A stretch of DNA of 22,511 bases from Promethearchaeota archaeon (GTDB taxonomy: Archaea > Asgardarchaeota > Lokiarchaeia > Sigyniarchaeales > SOKP01), in NCBI GenBank assembly GCA_004524535.1, contig SDNY01000055.1, positions 1 through 22,511 of the forward strand, written 5' to 3'. The notes below the pieces were generated by a model. The model was not told where the DNA came from and searched no databases. It worked only from the letters and a program-made list of their open reading frames with translations. The first letter of the stretch is position 1. Every line of letters starts with the position of its first letter. The position numbers and the translations under genes are program-made. Shown piece by piece: positions 8,281 through 16,069 of this stretch.

Positions 8281-9642
8281 ATGTCCAAGAAATTTTCAAG
8301 ATTACCTTTGAAAGGCATGGAGGATTTTTTTCCCTCAGATATTAGAGAAATTAATTGGATTATAGAACAAATCATAGATATTGTAGAACTTTACAATTAT
8401 GAAGAATATCTAGGACCATTGTTAGAGCCTATTGAAATCTATGCAGCAAAATCATCTGAAGAGCTAGTTTATGAACAATCTTATTACATAGAGGATAAAA
8501 AAGGAAGGAAATTTATTTTAAGACCAGAGATAACTCCAACTTTAGCGAGAATGATTGCTCGTAAAAGTCAAGAACTTAAAAAACCAATTAGATGGTATGC
8601 AATTCCAACTTGTTATCGCTATGAAGCTCCACAGAAAGGAAGAAGGAGAGAATTTCTTCAGTTTAACGCAGATATTTTAGGAGAAGATAGTCTTTATGCA
8701 GAATTAGAGATATTTAGCATCAGCGTCGATATTTTTACGAGTTTTGGTGCAACTGCTGATCAATTTCAGATTTTTTATAATAACCGTAGATTTATAGATG
8801 ATATTTGTGAGCTTATTCTTGAGATTCCTAAGGATAAAATGCCTCTCGTCTTTAAGATTTTAGATAAATCAGATAAAATGGAAGAAAGCGAATTTGAAAA
8901 GTATGTCATTGATTCCTTCCAAGATGAGTTCATTGTTCAAGGAATCTTAAAACTGAAGGAATCTAACGGAATACAAGAATTATTGGATAAATTTGATGAG
9001 ATTCCTGAAAAATTCTACGATTCTGAGGGATATAAGGATATTAAATCTTTAGAAGTTCTAATCAATGAAACGGGACTTTCAGAATTTTGTACATTCTCAT
9101 CGAGTGTCGTAAGAGGATTAGATTATTATACTGGAACCGTATTTGAGGTATATGATACAGGGAAAGAAAATATAAGAGCTATTTTTGGTGGTGGAAGATA
9201 TGATGATTTATTATCTTTATTTTCTGAGGAGCAATTATCTGGGATTGGATTTGGAATGGGAGTGCTGATGTTCTCTTTATTTTTAAATACGTATAATTTA
9301 ATTCCAGACTTTGTTTATGAAAGGGATTTCTCTGATACAGTTTATATTACGTGCGTCAACGAATCCGTAGCCAAATACGCTATCCAGCTCGCAAATATTA
9401 TTCGGGGTGAAGATTTTCCTTGTATTATTGATTATAAATTTAAGAGTTTAAAAAGTCAATTGAGCAGAGCGAGTGAGTTAGGGATTCTAATAGCTTTAAT
9501 CGTTGGAGAAAAAGAGATGGAACAAAATGAAGTCTCAATAAAAAATATGGCTACAAATAAACAAAAAACAATAAATTCTGAAGATATAATAGAGGAAATT
9601 TACAAAATTCTTGATGAATTAGAAGAAATGGAATCAGAATAA
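8281..9642 (+). CDS. hisS: Histidine--tRNA ligase
   Basis: KGMEDFFP, LRPEITP, motif 2 YRYEAPQKGRRREFLQ, His-A loop VRGLDYYTG, His-B GGGRYDDL, and a C-terminal anticodon-binding domain. Confidence 0.96.
   Translation: MSKKFSRLPLKGMEDFFPSDIREINWIIEQIIDIVELYNYEEYLGPLLEPIEIYAAKSSEELVYEQSYYIEDKKGRKFILRPEITPTLARMIARKSQELKKPIRWYAIPTCYRYEAPQKGRRREFLQFNADILGEDSLYAELEIFSISVDIFTSFGATADQFQIFYNNRRFIDDICELILEIPKDKMPLVFKILDKSDKMEESEFEKYVIDSFQDEFIVQGILKLKESNGIQELLDKFDEIPEKFYDSEGYKDIKSLEVLINETGLSEFCTFSSSVVRGLDYYTGTVFEVYDTGKENIRAIFGGGRYDDLLSLFSEEQLSGIGFGMGVLMFSLFLNTYNLIPDFVYERDFSDTVYITCVNESVAKYAIQLANIIRGEDFPCIIDYKFKSLKSQLSRASELGILIALIVGEKEMEQNEVSIKNMATNKQKTINSEDIIEEIYKILDELEEMESE
9266..9642 (+). repeat. Left copy of ~377-bp direct repeat (hisS 3' end, anticodon-binding domain)
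   Basis: Aligns by eye to 14760-15135 from 'tgatgttctctttattttta' to the stop codon, with ~26 substitutions plus one 1-bp indel (~93% identity). Confidence 0.95.
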
Positions 9643-9928
9643 TAGAAAATTCTAAAAGAAATTAAGAGAAGTAATTGTAAATTACCCCAGACTACAGATA
9701 AAGCAATGAATGGAATCAAAAAAGTATTATACTGGGGAAACTGGAATGATTTTGAGATAAAGAATTGGAAAGATCTAATTAACTATGTATTTATATAAAG
9801 TAATATCTTCTTATTACCCCAAGTTGTATATTCAAGGTATATACAATTCTTAGAAGAAGTAAAAGGAGCAAAAATATCCTTAAACAAAAAAGAATAAAAT
9901 TTAATAACTCTAAAAATATAAATTTTCT

Positions 9929-11155
9929 ATGATAGATATTAGAAGAGAGGGTATTTTACTTGAAGCGACTGATTTAGAATTTGAAAATCAAGCAGTTTTA
10001 AATCCTACAATATATCAAGAGGGTAGGACTCTTCATATGTTCTACCGTGCAGTAAGACAGGGGAATTATTCAAGTATTGGATATATTAAATTAAATGGAC
10101 CGTTAGATATTATTGAAAGAAAAGAAGAACCAATAATTTTTCCCGAATATGACTATGAAATCCACGGTGTCGAAGATCCTCGGATAGTTTCCCTCGATGG
10201 GATCTTTTATCTTTTTTATACAGCATATGATGGAAAAAATGCAAGAGTTGCATTCGCAACGAGTAAAGATTTGATTAATTGGGAGAAACATGGACTAATT
10301 ACTCCTTCAATGAGATATGAAGATGCTAAAGACTTATTCAAGCAATCGCGGTTGAAACATAAATATTATCACTTTGTATCTTATATAAAAGAGATTACTG
10401 CTCCAGATGTTCTTTTATGGGAAAAAGATAGTTATTTATTCCCTAAAAAATATAACGATAACTTTGTTTTTATCCATAGGATATTACCAGACATTCAATT
10501 GATTTCTTTCAAAGACTTCAATCAATTAAAGGATCTAACATATTGGGAAGAATATTTAAAGAAATTAGACCAGTATGTCTTGATGGAGCCTGAATATGGT
10601 TATGAGTCTCACATAGGAGCTGGAGCACCTTTAATCAATACATCATTAGGTTGGCTCTTAATCTATCACGCAGTTGAGGATACTAACGCAGGTCAAATCT
10701 ATCATGCCTCTGCAGCATTACTTGAAAAGGATCCACCCTTTAGAGTCATTGGTCGGTTAAAGAAACCGCTTTTTTCTCCAAAGGAAGATTACGAGAAAAT
10801 GGGGGATGTTTGGAATGTAGTATTCCCTACAGGCACTGCAATTATCAAGAAGAGATTGTATATCTATTATGGAGCCGCCGATAAGCGAATAGCTGTAGTA
10901 TCATGTAATCTTAATGCGTTATTAAAAAAGTTAATAAAATCCCAATCCAAATTCGATGTAGATATCGGATTCCTTGCTGGAGAAATCTTTAGAAAAACTT
11001 TAAGAAAAGAAATTGCTTTGGAACAACTGGAGGAAGAGTATAAAGACAGACGGGAGTTATTATTAATGGCAATAGGTTGGCTAGCGAGGGAAGAAAAAGT
11101 CATTATTAGACGGGAAAATGGTAAGTTAAAAATCTGGACAGGAAATATTAAATAA
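9929..11155 (+). CDS. GH130-like (PF04041/PH1107-type) 5-bladed beta-propeller glycosidase/phosphorylase with C-terminal DUF2582-like winged-helix domain
   Basis: AVLNP, GVEDPRI, YTAY, EKD..LFP, HRI, IGAGAP, WLLIYH, NVVFPTG and YYGAAD motifs. The tail from 10961 reads DIGFLAGEIF...LLMAIGWLAREEKV. Confidence 0.85.
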   Translation: MIDIRREGILLEATDLEFENQAVLNPTIYQEGRTLHMFYRAVRQGNYSSIGYIKLNGPLDIIERKEEPIIFPEYDYEIHGVEDPRIVSLDGIFYLFYTAYDGKNARVAFATSKDLINWEKHGLITPSMRYEDAKDLFKQSRLKHKYYHFVSYIKEITAPDVLLWEKDSYLFPKKYNDNFVFIHRILPDIQLISFKDFNQLKDLTYWEEYLKKLDQYVLMEPEYGYESHIGAGAPLINTSLGWLLIYHAVEDTNAGQIYHASAALLEKDPPFRVIGRLKKPLFSPKEDYEKMGDVWNVVFPTGTAIIKKRLYIYYGAADKRIAVVSCNLNALLKKLIKSQSKFDVDIGFLAGEIFRKTLRKEIALEQLEEEYKDRRELLLMAIGWLAREEKVIIRRENGKLKIWTGNIK

Positions 11156-11198
11156 TTAACTGTCGAATTATTAAAAAATTGTGAGTTGTTGAAAAAGT

Positions 11199-13484
11199 AT
11201 GAGAAGATATCCAAATTTGAAGACTATTGCGTTCATCGGGAATTATCTCCCGAGGAGATGTGGTATTGCAACATTTACCAGTGATTTATTACAAGCTGTT
11301 GCTAAAGAAGGAGATAAAATCGATTGTTGGGCAATCGCGATGAATGACATACCAGAAGGGTATGCCTATCCAAAACAAGTTCGTTTTGAATTGAACGTTA
11401 ATTCTATAGCAGATTATCAATTAGCTGCAGAGTTTCTTAATGTAAATAAGGTTGATGTTGTTTCGCTTCAACATGAATACGGAATATATGGAGGAGATTA
11501 TGGTAATCTTATTTTAAGTTTAATTCGAAATCTAAGAATGCCAGTTATTACTACTTTACACAGTATTTTGCCAAATCCAAATACAACACAAGAAAAAATA
11601 ATAAAATCTATTGCCGAAATTTCAAATAAAATAGTAGTCATGAGCCAAAAAGCAGTATCGTTTCTAAAAGATATTTATAAAGTTCCCATAGAAAAAATTG
11701 CTTTAATCCATCATGGAATTCCTGATCTACCATTCATAGATCCCAATTTTTTCAAGGATCAATTCGGAGTAGAAGGAAAAAAAGTGTTTTTAACATTTGG
11801 TCTTATTAATCCCGGCAAAGGAATAGAAATAATGATTGATGCTTTGCCAGCAATCATTCGAAAACATCCTGATGTCGTTTATATTATATTAGGTGCGACT
11901 CATCCAAATATAAAAAAAGAAAATGGCGAAGCTTATCGTCATTCTCTTCAAAGAAGAGCTCGAGATCTTGATGTTGAAAACAATCTCATTTTTCATAATA
12001 GATTTGTTGATTTAAATGAATTGTGTGAGTTTCTAGGCGTTGCCGATATATATATCACACCATATTTAAATAAGGAACAAATCACCTCTGGAACCTTAGC
12101 CTATGCTCTTGGTGCAGGTAAGGCGATAATCTCAACACCTTATTGGTATGCTGAGGAGATTCTAGCTGAAGGAAGGGGAATTATCGTCCCATTCAATGAT
12201 TCCAATTCTATAGCAGAAAAAATAATTAACTTACTAGATAATGAAGCAGAAGGACATAATATGCGAAAACAAGCATATTTATTCTCCAGAAAAATGATTT
12301 GGAAAGAAGTTGCTAGAAATTATTTAGAAATTTTTGATGAGCTCGTACAAAAGAGATCATGCTATCCAGAGTCTTTATCACGGAGAAAATCTCTGAGAAC
12401 CACACCTTTTGAAATGCCTGACCCAAAATTTGATCACTTATATCGTTTAACAGATGATGTTGGTATTCTACAACACGCTAATTATATCATACCAAATCGA
12501 AATCATGGATATTGCACCGATGATAACGCGAGGGCAATAATCACTGTTTTACTTGCACAAAATCTTTCACTCGAGGATAAATTTCTAAATAAATATGGAT
12601 ATCGATATTTGAGTTTTATCTTGCACGCATTCAACGAAGATAATAACAGATTTCGAAATTTTATGAGTTATGATCGGAAATGGATAGAAGAGATGGGATC
12701 TGAAGATAGTCACGGTCGTGCAATCTGGAGTTTAGGTTTCACTATTGGTGTTTCAGATGTTAAAGAATATGAAAATGTAGCATTGGAAATATTTGATAAA
12801 GCTGTAGAAAGTCTATCCAAATTTAATTCGCCTCGTGCCTTAGCTTTTGGTCTGATAGGTATTCACGCATATTTATCAAGATTTAGTGGTGATCGCAGAA
12901 TTAAACTGTATCGAAAAGAGATTGCACATAAGTTATTTGAGATGTATTGTCAAAACGCTCAAGATGATTGGCCTTGGATTGAAAATATTGTTGCGTATGA
13001 TAATGGGAAAATTCCACAAGCTTTATTAATGTCAGGACAATGGTTACAGCGACAAGATATGGTTGAAGCGGGACTGCAGTCGCTAGATTGGTTACTAAGA
13101 ATTCAAACAAGTGAAAAAGGACATTTAACACCTATTGGTAATAACGGTTGGTATCCAAAAGGTGGTGAGATTGCACGATTTGATCAACAACCACTCGAAG
13201 TCCAGAGCATCCTTGAGGCATGTATTGAAGCTTTCAAAGTCACTCAAGATAAAAAATGGATTCTCGAAGCACAACGGTGTTTAGAATGGTACTTAGGACG
13301 CAATGATTTGAACATTTCTATCTATGATTATAAAACTGGAGGATGCAGTGATGGATTATCAGCCAAAGGAAAAGCTAGAAATCAAGGTGCAGAATCTACC
13401 TTAGCTTGGTTGCTCTCACTTTTAAACATGTATTACTTAGACACGCTCCTTGAAGTTGATATAATAACAAAAGAAAGTGAATGA
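11199..13484 (+). CDS. GT4 glycosyltransferase fused to a C-terminal six-hairpin (alpha/alpha)6 glycosidase-like domain
   Basis: N-terminal PRRCGIATF, QHEYGIYGG, TFGLINPGKGIE, TSGTLAYALGAGKAIISTPY. C-terminal GILQHA..GYCTDDNAR, SEDSHGRA, YDNGKIP, FDQQPLE, NQGAESTL. Confidence 0.88.
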   Translation: MRRYPNLKTIAFIGNYLPRRCGIATFTSDLLQAVAKEGDKIDCWAIAMNDIPEGYAYPKQVRFELNVNSIADYQLAAEFLNVNKVDVVSLQHEYGIYGGDYGNLILSLIRNLRMPVITTLHSILPNPNTTQEKIIKSIAEISNKIVVMSQKAVSFLKDIYKVPIEKIALIHHGIPDLPFIDPNFFKDQFGVEGKKVFLTFGLINPGKGIEIMIDALPAIIRKHPDVVYIILGATHPNIKKENGEAYRHSLQRRARDLDVENNLIFHNRFVDLNELCEFLGVADIYITPYLNKEQITSGTLAYALGAGKAIISTPYWYAEEILAEGRGIIVPFNDSNSIAEKIINLLDNEAEGHNMRKQAYLFSRKMIWKEVARNYLEIFDELVQKRSCYPESLSRRKSLRTTPFEMPDPKFDHLYRLTDDVGILQHANYIIPNRNHGYCTDDNARAIITVLLAQNLSLEDKFLNKYGYRYLSFILHAFNEDNNRFRNFMSYDRKWIEEMGSEDSHGRAIWSLGFTIGVSDVKEYENVALEIFDKAVESLSKFNSPRALAFGLIGIHAYLSRFSGDRRIKLYRKEIAHKLFEMYCQNAQDDWPWIENIVAYDNGKIPQALLMSGQWLQRQDMVEAGLQSLDWLLRIQTSEKGHLTPIGNNGWYPKGGEIARFDQQPLEVQSILEACIEAFKVTQDKKWILEAQRCLEWYLGRNDLNISIYDYKTGGCSDGLSAKGKARNQGAESTLAWLLSLLNMYYLDTLLEVDIITKESE

Positions 13485-13528
13485 TACATGAAGCCAACTA
13501 ATTATTATTCTGAAGGAGGAAATAAGGA

Positions 13529-14536
13529 ATGCATGTAGCAATGATTTCCCCAATTGCTTGGCGAACTCCTCCACACCATTACGGTCCTTGGGAATATGTT
13601 GTTTCATTATTGACTGAGGGGCTTGTTGAAAGAGGAATTGAAGTAACCCTTTTTGCGACTGAAGACTCGGTAACTAATGCGCATCTAGTTGGATTGTGTC
13701 CTAAAGGGTACGAAGAAGATAAAGAATTAAACCCAAAAGTTTGGGAATGTTTACATATTTCAGAAGTGTTCGAAAGAGGAGACGAATTTGATATAATTCA
13801 TAACCATTTTGATTTTCTTCCCTTAACTTACACTAAGATGACAAAAACTCCGGTATTAACAACGATTCATGGATTTTCTTCACCAAAAATTTTGCCTGTA
13901 TATAAAAAGTATAATAAAAAATGTTATTATGTATCGATTAGCGAAGCAGATCGTAACCCTGACCTTGATTATATTGCTACTATACATCATGGAATTGATC
14001 TCACTCAATTCGCATTTCGAGAACAAATTGGAGACTATTTATTATTCTTTGGTAGAATTCATAACGATAAAGGAGCTAAAGAAGCAATCGAAATATCGCT
14101 CAAATACGGAATGCGATTAATCATGGCAGGAATTATACAAGACGAGATGTATTACGAGCACGAAATTAAACCTCATTTAAGTGCTAATAACATCGAATAT
14201 ATCGGAATTGTTGGTCCCAAACAAAGGGATAAAATATTAGGAAACGCCTATGCATTACTTCATCCAATTAATTTTAACGAACCATTTGGATTGTCTGTTG
14301 TCGAAGCAATGGCTTGTGGTACTCCCGTCATTGCCTTTAACAAGGGAAGCATGCCTGAAGTCGTTAGTGATAAAAAAACAGGCTTCTTAGTCGAATCAAT
14401 TGAAGAATCTGTCAAAGTATTAGATGATATTAAAGGTATTAGCAGATTAAATTGCCGTAAATGGGTTGAAGAAAAATTTTCCCTTGATAGGATGGTTGAT
14501 GATTATATCAATGTATATGAAAGAATAAGTGTTTAG
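13529..14536 (+). CDS. GT4 family glycosyltransferase
   Basis: PP..YGPWE, HNHFD, FFGRI..DKG and EPFGLSVVEAMACGTPVIAF (Ex7E motif). GGAGG/AAGGA upstream. Confidence 0.92.
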   Translation: MHVAMISPIAWRTPPHHYGPWEYVVSLLTEGLVERGIEVTLFATEDSVTNAHLVGLCPKGYEEDKELNPKVWECLHISEVFERGDEFDIIHNHFDFLPLTYTKMTKTPVLTTIHGFSSPKILPVYKKYNKKCYYVSISEADRNPDLDYIATIHHGIDLTQFAFREQIGDYLLFFGRIHNDKGAKEAIEISLKYGMRLIMAGIIQDEMYYEHEIKPHLSANNIEYIGIVGPKQRDKILGNAYALLHPINFNEPFGLSVVEAMACGTPVIAFNKGSMPEVVSDKKTGFLVESIEESVKVLDDIKGISRLNCRKWVEEKFSLDRMVDDYINVYERISV

Positions 14537-14759
14537 ATAATAAAGGAATTTAAATAGCTAAGAATAAAATAAGAGAAACTTGCCCATGAAAGTTGAATAG
14601 GTGTAATACCTTCGTATTACCATACTTTTGTGCAATCAGATTAACGAAATAAGGAAATTTTCTTGCGGTTAAATTAACAGAAACTCATGCTCTACTTAAG
14701 TGTTTTTTTAACGAACTTTTAGAAATAAATGATAAAGATCTCATTGAAAGTATTTCTTA

Positions 14760-15135
14760 TGATGTTCTCTTTATTTTTAAAAACTTATAATTTAATTCCA
14801 GATTTTGTGTATGAAAGGGATTTCTCTGATACAGTTTATATCACGTGCGTTAACGAAAATGTAGCTAAATACGCTATTCAGCTCGCAGATATTATTCGGG
14901 GTGAAGATTTTCCTTGTATTATAGATTATAAATTTACGAATTTAAAAAATCAATTGAGCAAAGCGAGTGAGTTAGGATCCTAATAGCTTTAATCGTTGGA
15001 GAAAAAGAGATGGAACAAAATAAAGTCTCAATAAAAAATATGGCTACAAATACACAAAAAACGATAAATTCTGAAGACATAATAGAGGAAATTTACAAAA
15101 ATCTTGATGAATTAGAAGAAATGGATTCTAAATAA
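14760..15135 (+). pseudogene. hisS: Displaced hisS 3' fragment (anticodon-binding domain), frameshifted
   Basis: Copy of 9266-9642. GAG TTA GGG ATT CTA becomes GAG TTA GGA TCC TAA (1-bp deletion near 14975, stop at 14981-14983). Homology continues to ATG GAT TCT AAA TAA at 15135. This accounts for the 84-aa ORF 14729-14983. Confidence 0.9.
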
Positions 15136-15138
15136 TAT

Positions 15139-15154
15139 AAATACTTGAGTATTT
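15139..15154. terminator. Short inverted repeat between convergent hisS fragment and nitroreductase
   Basis: aaatact-tg-agtattt followed by T residues, within a 22-bp spacer. Confidence 0.3.
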
Positions 15155-15157
15155 TTG

Positions 15158-16009
15158 TTATTCTTCAATCCAAGAGATTTTATATTCAAAACCTTCTGAT
15201 GGAATATTTGGTTTAGAAATTTTCCATTTTCCCTTAATTCCCAATTCTTCTGCTGTAAGGTCCCAATGACAAACGGATATTCCAATATCAAGAGGCGGAA
15301 ATGGTTTATATCTACCTGTTACCTCAAGAATATAGAAATGAAAAATATCCTTATTAGAATCCTTGACTATTCTCCATGGTTGTTTGTTGCCTGCAGATGG
15401 ACCAAGCCTAACCATTTCCAATAAAAGGGTATGTTTCTTAACCTCGTCTTGATTAAGTGGATTATTAAAATCGTCTTTAAAAAACAGTTGCTCCCATGGA
15501 AATCTTTTATCAGCTTTTATTACCTTTCGAATTACTTTTTCCTTTGTACGTCTTTTTTCGGGAAAAGACCCTATTGGTGTGATAGCAGGCATTATCTCAT
15601 CTGGTTTACAATTAATTTTTGACCTAAATAAACCTCTATTAAACGTACCACCAAGCCAGCAGGTCCCCAATCCCATATCAGTTGCCACTAGGATAAGATA
15701 TTCCATCATATATCCAAAATGCTCCCTCGCATATTCGGATCTCTCTATCGCTCCCACTATGAACTCCTGTGCTCCGAGAATTAAACCATAGGTTCCTAAC
15801 TTTTTTTTCTCTTTCGGATCAAATTCAGGTATTGCTATTAACTCGAATCGACATTTTCCAACGTATTCACTAAAAGGACTCCTAATATCTTTAAAAAGTA
15901 ATAATTCTTTTATGTAGTCCCTTGACTTTTCATCAAGTAGTTTCGCATCGTAAGTACGTCGAGAGGTTCTTTCCTTTATAATTTCTATTATTGATTTGTT
16001 AAATTTCAT
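15158..16009 (-). CDS. Nitroreductase family protein, two-domain TM1586-like type
   Basis: IKERTSRRTY, GLGTCWLGGTF, second-domain LGPSAGNKQPWR, LDIGI...HWDL. Confidence 0.85.
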   Translation of the reverse strand: MKFNKSIIEIIKERTSRRTYDAKLLDEKSRDYIKELLLFKDIRSPFSEYVGKCRFELIAIPEFDPKEKKKLGTYGLILGAQEFIVGAIERSEYAREHFGYMMEYLILVATDMGLGTCWLGGTFNRGLFRSKINCKPDEIMPAITPIGSFPEKRRTKEKVIRKVIKADKRFPWEQLFFKDDFNNPLNQDEVKKHTLLLEMVRLGPSAGNKQPWRIVKDSNKDIFHFYILEVTGRYKPFPPLDIGISVCHWDLTAEELGIKGKWKISKPNIPSEGFEYKISWIEE

Positions 16010-16069
16010 GATACTTACCTATTTTTTTTTAAGAATAATATTCTCACATTAATTATATTAGAATGTTTA

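Larger units (their letters stand above)
9643..15135 (+). mobile_element. Putative ~5.5-kb genomic islet inserted at the hisS 3' end (no integrase in window)
   Basis: Three accessory glycoside genes are bounded by direct repeats of the hisS 3' end. Confidence 0.55.

Noticed and set aside
9241-9275. HisRS motif 3 lacks the usual Arg (GFGMGVLMF) right at the repeat boundary, suggesting damage by the insertion
   Set aside because: HisRS variants of this type without the motif-3 Arg are known to me, the frame is intact, and all other motifs are conserved.
13482-13484. Other TGA codons (GT4 fusion end; Gfo/Idh/MocA end at 18257-18259) as Sec or genome-wide UGA reassignment
   Set aside because: They fall at natural C-termini, not at Cys motif positions, and the next gene starts shortly after.
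14603-14620. Hairpin gtaatac-cttc-gtattac after the last GT4
   Set aside because: Only a 7-bp AT-rich stem with a weak T tract. It could be a terminator but is not distinguishable from chance.
14729-14983. 84-aa ORF as a functional stand-alone HisRS anticodon-binding protein
   Set aside because: A 1-bp deletion truncates the domain midway, and the first ~10 codons are unrelated sequence. Better explained as a displaced gene fragment.
10103-15791. Alternative-frame or antisense ORFs 10103-10291, 10867-11214, 12901-13131, 13869-14120, 15431-15622, 15579-15791
   Set aside because: All lie within well-supported genes and have no recognisable motifs.
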